64,000 bases of DNA. Source: Planctomycetota bacterium (GTDB lineage: Bacteria > Planctomycetota > UBA1135 > UBA2386). Every line of letters starts with the position of its first letter. Within the stretch, counting starts at the first letter, position 1. The notes under the pieces were generated by a model. That model was not told the origin of the DNA. It made no database searches and saw nothing but the letters and a program-made list of their open reading frames with translations. The stretch is taken from contig JBKAGP010000001.1 of assembly GCA_046290465.1 (NCBI GenBank), forward strand, positions 3,520,001 to 3,584,000, written 5' to 3'. This document shows positions 48,481-58,200 of this stretch, piece after piece. The position numbers and the translations under genes were made by a program.

Positions 48481-51400
48481 GCGCGCCCGGCAACTGGAGC
48501 CCCGAAGAACGCGAGCAGCTGGTGCAAGAGCTGCTCGAACTGCACTTCGGCTGTCACGAAGCCCCTGACCAACTCGAGGCGCGCCTCGCCCAGGACCCGG
48601 CGCTGCGCGCGCTGCAGGCAGAGGTGGCGGGCCAGGCCGGCGTCATCGAGGAGGCCGTCAAGCCCGAGCAGGCGCGCCTCGAACTGCCCGCCGACGACGT
48701 GCACGCAAGCGCCGCTCGCCGCCCGCGCTGGTACCACACGCCGATCGGCCGCGTGACGATGGCCTTTGCCGCCGCCGCGCTCGTGGTCCTCGGCCTGCTC
48801 GGCCTCGAGCGCGTACACGACTGGCAGCTCGACGGCTACCGCGAGGACCACCTGCACCTGACCGTCAGCGCACCGCGCGCGGTCCCCGCCGGTGCCCCGT
48901 GGAGCTTCACCGTCGAGACCAAGGACCTGTCCGGCGGCCCCGCCGAATGCCGCGTGCGCTGGACCGCCTTCGGGGAGAAGGGCGAGGCGCTCGCCAGCGG
49001 CGAGGCGCCGACCGAGGCCGGCAGCGCAGTCATCGCGATGGGCAGCGACCTGGCCGTGCCGACGCGCGTCGAGGTCGTTGCGAGCCACCACGCCGACGAG
49101 GCGAAGCAGATCTTCGCGCTGTCGACGGCCTACGCCAGCCCGCTCGTGCACGTCAGCACCGATCGCCCGGTCTACCGTCCGGGCGAGCCGGTGTTCGTGC
49201 GCGTCACCGTGCTCGACCGCGTCTCGCGGCTGCCGCTGAAGCGGCCGTCGCCGATGTATGCCGAGCTGATCGACGCCAAGGGCGCATCGATCGCCAACGA
49301 CTTCGACGGTGTCGTGCCGAACGGCGTCGGCACGTTCCGCATGCAGGTCCCGGCCGACAGCGCCGGCGGCGTGCACCAGGTCCGCGTGCGCTCGCAGATG
49401 CAGCTGTTCCCGGAGGAGACCGCCGAGCTCGTCGTGCGCTCGTTCCGCAACCCGCAGCTCGATCAGGAGATCGTGCTCGATCGCAAGAGCTACGCGCCCG
49501 GCGCGCGCGGCGCGGCGACGGTGACCGCGACGCGGCTCGGCGACGGCCAGCCGTGCTCGCTCGCCAAGGTGCGCGGCGCGGTGATCGTCGACGGCAACGA
49601 GGTCTGGAGTGAGGAGAGCGGCCTCGGAGCTCAGGGCGAGATCACGTTCCGCTTCCAGATCCCGAAGGAGATCGAACGGGGAGCGGCGCGCTTCGTCGCG
49701 CAGGTGACGGACGGCGGCGTCGTCGAGTCGGCGATCGAGCCGTTCGTCGTGCCGACGGGGAAGGTCGCGGTGGCGGCCTTCCCCGAGGGTGGCGAGCTGG
49801 TCGCCGGCATCGAGAACGGCCTCTACCTCGAGTGCACCGACGCGCTCGACCGCCCGATCGACACCACCGGCGAGCTGATCGACGCCGACGGCCGCCGCGT
49901 CGCGTCGTTCCGCACGCAGCACCAGGGCCGCGTGCGGATGACGTTCGTGCCCGAGAAGGGCGCCACCTACCGCGTCCGCGTCGCCGGCAAGGCCGAGACC
50001 TTCGAGCTGCCGGCGGTGCGCGAGTCCGGCGTCGCGATGCGGCTGCTCGGCGACGACGTCGGCGCCGGCCAGCCGCTGCGCATGGCGCTCGGCGGCCGCG
50101 GCAACGGCCCGTGGGTGCTCGGCGTGTTCTGCCGCGGCGTGATGGTCGCGCAGACGACGCTGCGGCCGAACGACAACGGCGAACTGCACGCGCGCCCCGA
50201 GATCGCGCTGCCCGACACCGCGATCGGCGTGCTGCGCGCGACCGTCTTCGACCGCGAGCTCAAGCCGGTCGCCGAGCGCCTGCTGCGCCGCCGCAGCACG
50301 CACACGCTCGACGTGCGCCTGGCCACCGAGCACGACGTGCTGGCTCCCGGCGACCGCCAGCAGGTCAAGGTCACCGCGATCGACGAGACCGGTGAGCCAA
50401 CCCGCGCCGTGCTCGGCGTGCGCTGCACCGACGTCGCCGCGACGTCGATGGGCGACGAGCCGCGCATCTCGCTGGTCGACCAGGCGATGCTGTTCGGCGA
50501 CGTGCACGAGATGGAGGACCTCGGCGACTTCTTCCTGTCCAACGAGGCGGGTGGACGCAACGCCGACCTCTTGCTCGGCACGCGCGGCTGGCGCCGCTTC
50601 GTCTGGCGCAACGACGCCGCCGCCAAGCAGGCGATCGTCGACGCCGGCGACGCCGGCAAGGGCATCCTGGCGCGCGAGGGCTTCTCGCAGACGCCGCAGG
50701 TGCGCAGCAACCTGAAGGCCGCGATGGCGCCGTTCGCGGAGGCGCAGGAGCGCGTGCGCGACTCGCGGCAGCTGCTCGCGGGCATGGCCACGCTCGGCAT
50801 CATGCTGCTGCTGTTGCTGATCGTCGCCGAACTGGTCGCGTGGGGCCTGCGCAGCTGGCGCAGCGTGTCCGCGTCGACACAGGTGTTCGCCGGCATCGTG
50901 GTCGCGGTCCTGCTGTTCGGCTCCTTCTCGGTGCTACAGCTGTTCGGCTCGCAGCTGCTGGAGCCGGCGGACGGCGCCGCGATGGCCCCGGCGCGGAGCG
51001 GCGAAGCCGTCGACTTCGAAGGACCGTCGATGTTCGCCACGCACGCCCAGCCACTCGCTGCACCGGCGTGGCGCGGCCTGCAAGCCGGCAGGTACTTCAA
51101 CGACGGCATTGCCGGCGACATCTCGTTCGACTACTTCGGCATCGGCGCCACCGCCGGCGGTGGCCAGATCGACCTGCCCGTCGTGCACCGGTTCTCGTCT
51201 CGCTTCGACGACGTGCAACCGTCGCTCTTCCTGCCGCCGCAGATCCGCGAGATCCCGAGTGAGGAGGCCGAAGAACTCCTCGGCGAAGCCGCCCCGCGTT
51301 CGGATGCCTACTTCGCGCCCGCGTTCCGCTACGACCCCAGGACGATTCTGCAGAACTACAAGCAGCACTGGATCCAGCGCCAGTACGCCCACCGCCACGT

Positions 51401-53513
51401 CGCCTCCGAGCAACGCCGCGACTTCACCCCGACGATCTACTGGGACACGCTGCTGCTGACCGACGAGCGCGGCGAGGCGACGATCGCGTTCGACACCACC
51501 GACGCCGTCACCACCTGGCAGGTCGAAGCTGACGCGCACGTCGCGATCGGCGACACCGGCCGCCTCGGCCAGGCGTCGACGACGTTCACGACGCAGCTGC
51601 CGCTGCAGATCGAGCCGAAGCTGCCCGACGAGGTCTCGTGCGGCGACCGCCTGCAGCTGCCGGTCGCGGCAATCCTCAAGCAGGCCCGCGCCGGCGAGGT
51701 CGCGCTGACCGTCAAGCTCGGCCCCGGCCTGCGCCTCGGCAAGGACGCGCCCAGCGCGATCGCGCTCGAGGGCCAGAGCGGCGGCACCGGCCGCGGCCGG
51801 GCCCTGCTGCCCGTCGAGGTCACCGACTTCGTCGGCACCACCACGATCGAGCTGGAGGCTCGCGCCGGCGGCTTCGTCGACCGTGTGCGCCACACGCTGC
51901 AGGTCGCGCCGCGCGGCTTCCCCCACCGCCGCTCGGCCGGCGGCCAGGCGATCGCCGGCACCGATGGCCGCTGGTCGGTGACGATCCCGGACGACGCGGT
52001 GCCGGGCTCCGGCCAGGCGACGCTGGTCGTCTACCCGTCGCCGATCGCCGCGCTGACCGAAGGCCTCGAGGGCATCCTGCGCGAACCGCACGGCTGCTTC
52101 GAGCAGACCAGCTCGTCGAACTACCCCAACACGCTGGTGCTCCGCCTGATCGAGGCCAGCGGCGACGACCTGCCGCGGATCGCGGCGCGCGCCCGCGACC
52201 TGCTGCCGCGCGGCTACCGCCGCATCGTCGGCTACGAGTGCCCCGAGAAGGGCTACGAGTGGTGGGGCAAGGACCCCGGTCACGAGACGCTGACGGCCTA
52301 CGGCCTGCTGCAGTTCCACGACATGTCGAAGGTCTACGACGTCGACGTGGAGATGGTCGATCGCACCCGCAGGTGGCTGCTCGGACGGCGTGACGGCGAA
52401 GGCAACTTCGTGCGACCGACCGGCAACAGCCACAGCTTCGGTGGCCGTGACCCGAAGGTCACCAACGCCTACGTCACCTACGCGCTGCTGCAGACCGGCA
52501 CGCCGGAGGCGGAGCTGAAGGTCGAGATCGACGCGCTGGTCGCGCGCATCGAGCAGGCCGACGCCTACGAGCTGGCGCTGATCGCGTGCGCGCTCGCCCT
52601 CACCGAGCGCGTCGAGGCCGCCGAGGCGCGCGACCGCCTCGCGTCGCTGCAGCAGGACGACGGCTCGGTGCCGGGCGCCAGGACGACGATCACGATGAGC
52701 GGCGGCCGCGACCGGATCGTCGAGACCACCGGCTTCGCCGTGCTGGCGTGGCTGCGAGACCCGGCCAAGGCGGGCCACGTGCGCAAGGCCGTCGCCTACC
52801 TGCATGCGGCGCGCGGCGGCCACGGCACGTTCGGCGCCACGCAGGCGACCATCGTGGCGCTGCGAGCGCTGACCGAATACGCGACCGTCAGCCGCACGAT
52901 GCGGGAGGCCGGTGCGATCCAGGTCTTCGACGGCGAGCGCCTGCTGGCTCGCCAACCGTTCGCGGCGCACGACGTCGGGCCGATCAAGTTCGAACTCTGG
53001 AACGAACTCACGCCAGGCGCACACTCGCTGCGCATCGAGCTCACCGGCGGCGGCAAGTCGCCGATGCCCTGGTCCGGCGAGATCGCCTACCACGCCGAAC
53101 TTCCGGCCACCGACCCGCTGACGCAGACGGCGGTGACGACCCGGCTGCGCGAGGCGAGCGTCGAAGAAGGTCGCACCGTGGCCCTTGACGTCACCATCGA
53201 GAACGTCACCGACGACGAGCTGCCGACCCCGATGGCGATCGTCGGCCTGCCGGCCGGCCTCGACATCTCGACCGAGGTGCTCGAGGACATGAAGAAGGCC
53301 CAGCGGTTCGACTACTGGGAACTGCAGGGCCGCGAGCTGGTGCTCTACTGGCGCAAGCTCGATGCCACCGAGCGGCGCGAGCTGACGTTCGACCTGACGG
53401 CGCGCATCCCGGGCACGTCGCGCGGGCCAGCGTCGCGGTCCTACCTCTACTACACGCCGCAGCAGAAGCAGTGGGCGCAGCCGCTGGAGATCGAGGTGCG
53501 CCCAGCGGGATGA
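48477..53513 (+). CDS. Alpha-2-macroglobulin family protein with anti-sigma-like N-terminus and internal TM hairpin
   Basis: STDRPVYRPGE (MG2), FPEGG.LV, RRDF..TIYW, LREPHGCFEQ thioester, LTAY, TQAT..AL.AL; ATGA overlap with the sigma gene. Confidence 0.9.
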   Translation: MSAPGNWSPEEREQLVQELLELHFGCHEAPDQLEARLAQDPALRALQAEVAGQAGVIEEAVKPEQARLELPADDVHASAARRPRWYHTPIGRVTMAFAAAALVVLGLLGLERVHDWQLDGYREDHLHLTVSAPRAVPAGAPWSFTVETKDLSGGPAECRVRWTAFGEKGEALASGEAPTEAGSAVIAMGSDLAVPTRVEVVASHHADEAKQIFALSTAYASPLVHVSTDRPVYRPGEPVFVRVTVLDRVSRLPLKRPSPMYAELIDAKGASIANDFDGVVPNGVGTFRMQVPADSAGGVHQVRVRSQMQLFPEETAELVVRSFRNPQLDQEIVLDRKSYAPGARGAATVTATRLGDGQPCSLAKVRGAVIVDGNEVWSEESGLGAQGEITFRFQIPKEIERGAARFVAQVTDGGVVESAIEPFVVPTGKVAVAAFPEGGELVAGIENGLYLECTDALDRPIDTTGELIDADGRRVASFRTQHQGRVRMTFVPEKGATYRVRVAGKAETFELPAVRESGVAMRLLGDDVGAGQPLRMALGGRGNGPWVLGVFCRGVMVAQTTLRPNDNGELHARPEIALPDTAIGVLRATVFDRELKPVAERLLRRRSTHTLDVRLATEHDVLAPGDRQQVKVTAIDETGEPTRAVLGVRCTDVAATSMGDEPRISLVDQAMLFGDVHEMEDLGDFFLSNEAGGRNADLLLGTRGWRRFVWRNDAAAKQAIVDAGDAGKGILAREGFSQTPQVRSNLKAAMAPFAEAQERVRDSRQLLAGMATLGIMLLLLLIVAELVAWGLRSWRSVSASTQVFAGIVVAVLLFGSFSVLQLFGSQLLEPADGAAMAPARSGEAVDFEGPSMFATHAQPLAAPAWRGLQAGRYFNDGIAGDISFDYFGIGATAGGGQIDLPVVHRFSSRFDDVQPSLFLPPQIREIPSEEAEELLGEAAPRSDAYFAPAFRYDPRTILQNYKQHWIQRQYAHRHVASEQRRDFTPTIYWDTLLLTDERGEATIAFDTTDAVTTWQVEADAHVAIGDTGRLGQASTTFTTQLPLQIEPKLPDEVSCGDRLQLPVAAILKQARAGEVALTVKLGPGLRLGKDAPSAIALEGQSGGTGRGRALLPVEVTDFVGTTTIELEARAGGFVDRVRHTLQVAPRGFPHRRSAGGQAIAGTDGRWSVTIPDDAVPGSGQATLVVYPSPIAALTEGLEGILREPHGCFEQTSSSNYPNTLVLRLIEASGDDLPRIAARARDLLPRGYRRIVGYECPEKGYEWWGKDPGHETLTAYGLLQFHDMSKVYDVDVEMVDRTRRWLLGRRDGEGNFVRPTGNSHSFGGRDPKVTNAYVTYALLQTGTPEAELKVEIDALVARIEQADAYELALIACALALTERVEAAEARDRLASLQQDDGSVPGARTTITMSGGRDRIVETTGFAVLAWLRDPAKAGHVRKAVAYLHAARGGHGTFGATQATIVALRALTEYATVSRTMREAGAIQVFDGERLLARQPFAAHDVGPIKFELWNELTPGAHSLRIELTGGGKSPMPWSGEIAYHAELPATDPLTQTAVTTRLREASVEEGRTVALDVTIENVTDDELPTPMAIVGLPAGLDISTEVLEDMKKAQRFDYWELQGRELVLYWRKLDATERRELTFDLTARIPGTSRGPASRSYLYYTPQQKQWAQPLEIEVRPAG

Positions 53514-53574
53514 CTGTCGCGATGACTGTCGCGATGACTGTCGCGATGACTGTCGCGATGACTGTCGCGATGAC
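53509..53574. repeat. Perfect 12-bp VNTR, (GATGACTGTCGC) x5.5
   Basis: Read directly; overlaps the macroglobulin stop codon. Confidence 0.97.
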
Positions 53575-53599
53575 GCGGGCAGGCTATGCTGCCCGCGTC

Positions 53600-54955
53600 A
53601 TGCGCCTCGCCGCCGCCATCCTCCTCGCGCTGACCGCGACCGCCGCCGGTCAGGCCCCCGCGAACTACTACAACACGGTCGTCACCGCGAACGCCGCGCA
53701 GCTGCGCGCGACCCTGCACGCGGTGATCGACGACCACCAGCGGTTCCCCTACACGTCGGGCGGCACCGACACGTGGGACATCCTCGAGGACGCCGACCAG
53801 GATCCGGGCAACGCATCGCGCATCCTCGACGTCTACCGCAACGCGTCGTACGCGAAGGTCGGCGGCGGCAACTCCAACTACAACCGCGAGCACGTCTGGC
53901 CCAACAGCTACGGCTTCCCGAACGACGGCGGCGGCAACTACCCCTACACGGACTGCCACAACCTGTTCCTCTGCAACATCGGCTACAACGGCCAGCGCGA
54001 CCGCAAGCCGTTCGACAACGGCAGCGCCAGCTGGGTCGAGCTGACGACCGTCGGCGGCGGCAGCGGCAGTTACCCGGGCAACTCCAACTGGCGCACGACG
54101 AGCAACTCGCCGGGCGGCTTCGAGGTCTGGCAGGACCGCCGCGGCGACATCGCGCGCGCGCTGTTCTACATGGACGTTCGCTACGAGGGCGGCACGCACC
54201 AGAACGGCAGCGCCGAGCCGGACCTGATCCTGACCGACACGGTGTCGTTGATCACCAGCAGCGCGACCGGCAACAACGAGTCGGTGGCCTACATGGGCAA
54301 GCTCAGCGTGCTGCTGCAGTGGCACGCGCAGGACCCGGTCGACGGCAAGGAGATGGCACGCAACGACGCGGTGTTCGGCTACCAGGGCAACCGCAACCCG
54401 TTCGTCGACCACCCGGAGTGGGTCGACTGCATCTTCGCCAACCAGTGCAGCACCTCGACGTCGCAGCGCGAGCCCGAGGTCTGGATCAACGAGCTGCACT
54501 ACGACAACGCCGGCGCCGACCTCAACGAGTTCGTCGAACTGGCCGGCCGCGCCGGCGAACGCATCGACGGCTGGATGCTGGTCGCCTACGACGGTGCCAC
54601 CGGCCAGGCCTACGACCGCGTCGCGCTGCGCGGCACGTTCGCCGACCAGCAGAACGGGTTCGGCACGTTGTCCTTCGCGTTCCCCGGCCTACAGAACGGT
54701 CTCGACGGGGTCGCCGTGGTGACCTCGACCGGAGTCGTGATGCAGTTCCTCAGCTACGGCGGCACGTTCGTCGCCAGCAACGGCGCCTGCAAGGGCCGCA
54801 GCTCGGTCGACATCGGCGTCACCGAAGGCGCCTCGACGCCGGTCGGGTTCTCGCTGCGGCTCTCCGGGACCGGCAGCGGCTACGCGCAGTTCGCCTGGCA
54901 GCCGCCGTTCGTGCAGACCCCCGGCACCCCGAACGTCAGCCAGACCTTCCAGTAA
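53600..54955 (+). CDS. Secreted endonuclease I/Bsn family nuclease with C-terminal lamin-tail-like domain
   Basis: NREHVWP, DCHNL, GDIARALFYM, QGNRNPFVDHPE; WINELHYDN..D..EFVEL. Confidence 0.9.
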   Translation: MRLAAAILLALTATAAGQAPANYYNTVVTANAAQLRATLHAVIDDHQRFPYTSGGTDTWDILEDADQDPGNASRILDVYRNASYAKVGGGNSNYNREHVWPNSYGFPNDGGGNYPYTDCHNLFLCNIGYNGQRDRKPFDNGSASWVELTTVGGGSGSYPGNSNWRTTSNSPGGFEVWQDRRGDIARALFYMDVRYEGGTHQNGSAEPDLILTDTVSLITSSATGNNESVAYMGKLSVLLQWHAQDPVDGKEMARNDAVFGYQGNRNPFVDHPEWVDCIFANQCSTSTSQREPEVWINELHYDNAGADLNEFVELAGRAGERIDGWMLVAYDGATGQAYDRVALRGTFADQQNGFGTLSFAFPGLQNGLDGVAVVTSTGVVMQFLSYGGTFVASNGACKGRSSVDIGVTEGASTPVGFSLRLSGTGSGYAQFAWQPPFVQTPGTPNVSQTFQ

Positions 54956-54970
54956 GCCATGCTCTGAGCC

Positions 54971-55147
54971 CTGAACACCCCGAAGAGGATCGCGGTCGCG
55001 GCCCTCGTCACCGCCGCCGGATGGGCACTTCAGCACTACGCCGGCGTGCCGCACGCGCTGGTGCTCGGGCTGTTCGTGGGGCTGTTCGCGGCGCGGCTGG
55101 TTCCGGCGGGCGCGTGCGCGGTGCCGCGCGCCGAAGCGCGGGACTAG
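54971..55147 (+). CDS. Putative 58-aa two-TM small protein (CTG start)
   Basis: LNTPKRIAVAALVTAAGWALQHYAGVPHALVLGLFVGLFAARLVPAGACAVPRAEARD*; absent from the ORF track. Confidence 0.45.
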   Translation: MNTPKRIAVAALVTAAGWALQHYAGVPHALVLGLFVGLFAARLVPAGACAVPRAEARD

Positions 55148-55239
55148 GGGCGTTCGGCGACGGAGGTGACAACGGTGTCACGAACCCACGTTCGGCGGGA
55201 CGTCGGCGCCGCGCGCTCATTCGCTAGGATATGCGCGCC

Positions 55240-58200
55240 ATGCCTCGTCCGACCCGCCGACTCCTCGGGGGCGTTGCCCTCGTACTGACCACGACCGCCG
55301 CCGCCCAGCACGACGGGGTCGTGCCCGAGCCAGCCGCCGCCGCCAGCGTCGACTACCTGCGCGACGTGCGGCCGATCCTGGCCGAGCACTGCTACAGCTG
55401 CCACGGCCCCGACCAGAAGGAACGCAAGGGCGACCTGCGCCTCGACCTGAAGAAGGACGCGTTCGCCGACCGCGGCGACTACGCAGTCGTCAAGCCCAAC
55501 GATCCGGACGACTCCGAACTGCTGCTGCGCATCACCAGCGACGACCCCGACGAGGTGATGCCGCCGCCGGACTGCGACGACGCGCTGAAGCCTGCCGAGG
55601 TCGAGGTGCTGCGCAAGTGGATCGCGGAAGGCGCTGGCTGGCAGGAGCACTGGGCGTTCGTGCCGCCCAAGCGGCCGGCGACGCCACCGGTTCAGGACGG
55701 CGACTGGACCCGCAACGACATCGACGCGTTCGTGCTCGCACGACTCGAACAGCAGGGGCTGCGTCCCAGCGGTGAGGCGACCCGCGAACAGTGGCTGCGG
55801 CGCGTCACGTTCGACTTGATCGGCCTGCCGCCGACTCCGAAGGAGATCGACGCCTTCTTGCGCGACACCTCGGCCGACGCCTACGCCAAGGTCGTCGACC
55901 GCCTGCTCGCCGACGAACGCTACGGCGAGCGCATGGCGACCGACTGGCTCGACGCCGCCCGCTACGCCGATTCGAGCGGCTACCAGCGCGACAGCTCGCG
56001 CGAGGCGTGGAAGTGGCGCGACTGGGTCATCGACGCGCTCAACCAGAACATGCCGTTCGACCGGTTCGCGATCGAACAGCTGGCCGGCGACCTGCTGCCG
56101 GAGCCGACGCTGGACCAGCGCATCGCGACCGGCTTCAACCGAAACCACCCGGTCAACACCGAGGCGGGCGAGGAGCTCGACGAGTACCGTTCGGCCTACG
56201 TCATCGACCGCGTGCACACGACGGCGACGACCTTCCTCGGCCTGACGGTCGCGTGCGCGCAGTGCCACGACCACAAGTACGACCCGATCTCGCAGAAGGA
56301 GTTCTACTCGTTCTACGGGTTCTTCAACTCGATCAAGGAGCGCGACAACGGCAGCGGCCGCAACCCGAAGCCGGCGATCGCAGCCCCCGACGAGGACCAG
56401 CTCGCCAGGCTGCGCGACCTCGAGGCGCGCATCGAGATGCTCAAGAAGCGGCTCGAACAGGACGACCCGATCACCGACCAGTTCCAGACGCGCTGGGAGA
56501 ACGCGACGCGCAAACGGCTCGGCGGGCCGATCGCGTGGACGCCGCTGAAGCCGACCGAGTTCATGGCGCGCTACGGCTCGCGGCTGGTGCTGCAGGACGA
56601 CCACTCGGTGCTCGCGACCGGTCCGACGCCGTCGCGCGACACCTACGACCTCGTGTTTGCGCCCGGCAAGCGCAAGATCCAGGCGATCCGCATCGAGGTG
56701 CTGCCGGACCCGTCGATGCCGCACGGCGCTTCGGGCCGCGCCGACGACGGCCGCTTCATCCTGTCGCGCCTGACGTCGCGCATGACCAGCGTCTCGGACA
56801 GCAGCGACCCGCCGCTGATCGCCTACGCGCTGGCCGAAGCCGACATCAACCAGAAGCGCGACCGCGACGAGCACTACCTGACCGCGATCAACCCCGGCTC
56901 GTTCGGTGCGTCCGTCGCGGTCGAGGACGACTCGGGCAGCGGCGGCTTCCGCCGTTCGTTCGGCGGCTGGAGCATCGCCGGCGACGAGCGCAAGCAGGCA
57001 CGCGAGGCGGTGCTGATCCCGATCGAACCGCTCGACTCCAACGCGATGTCGCTGCTGCGGCTGACGCTCGAACACAACTCGCGCAACAAGTTCCGCAGCC
57101 TGATCGGCCGCTTCCGCGTGTCGTTCACCGAGGACCCGCGCGTCCGCGAGCAACTGGTGCCGCTGGCCGAGACGCACTGGCGCAGCATCGGGCCGTTCCC
57201 GGCCCCGTCCGTCGCAGCCGCGCACGCGCTGCCGTTCGGCCCGGAGAAGGACCTCAAGGAGCCCAACTGGAAGAAGAAGCACAACCAGCCGATCCTGCCG
57301 AAGAAGGAGGAGGCAAGCAGCAAGAAGCCGGCGGGCGGCGGCAAGCCCGGCGAGAAGGCGCCGGCGGCCAATGCCGCGGTCGCCAAGGGCAAGCCGCGGC
57401 CAGCCGGCCCGAAGACGGCCGAGGCCGGCAAGGGCAGGGCGGACACGCCGAAGCCCGCGGCGACGACGGGCGCGGCGAAGGGCAAGCCGACCGGCAAGGC
57501 CGACCCGAAGCCGGTCGCCGCGGCGCCGGCGAAGAAGCCCGCCCCCCAGCAGCAGGACGACGAGAAGGACGACGAGCAGGCCAGGCCGAAGCGCAAGCCG
57601 AAGCCCAAGCGCCTCGCGTGGACCGAGCAGACGAAGTGGCGTGACGGCAGCCGCGCGACCGTGCCCGTCACCGGACCGGCGTCGGCGACCTACCTGTCGC
57701 GCACGCTGACGACCAGGCAGCCGCGCACCGCGCGCATCGAGTTGTCCGGCGGCGAAGGTGCCAAGGTCTGGCTCAACGGCAAGGTCGTCGGCGACTTCGC
57801 GCCGAGCCCGACCCCGGCGACGCCGCCGAAGCCGCAGACCGGCAGCCCGATGGCGTTCGACCCGGCCGACTTCGATCCGGAGACCTTCGACTTCGCCAAC
57901 TTCGATCCGGCGATGTTCGAGAACTTCGACCCGTCGCAGCTGCGCCGCAGCCGCTCGACGAGCAAGCCGCGCGAGCTGCGCATCGGCCTGCGCAAGGGCG
58001 AGAACCACCTCGTCGTCAAGCTGACCGGCAAGGGCAGTTCGCCGTCGTCGTCCCGCCGCGGTGGCGGTTCGTCGACGAGCCCGTCGCCGATGTCGCGACG
58101 CAGCCGCAGCAGCGGCACGTCGTTCACGTTCGAGATCGTGCCCGAGGGCGACGACGTGCTGAACTACGAGACGATGCTCGCCGTGCGCGGCCGCGCCGGC

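Noticed and set aside
53509..53574. Possible CRISPR array
   Set aside because: Direct tandem 12-mers with no spacers; no cas genes
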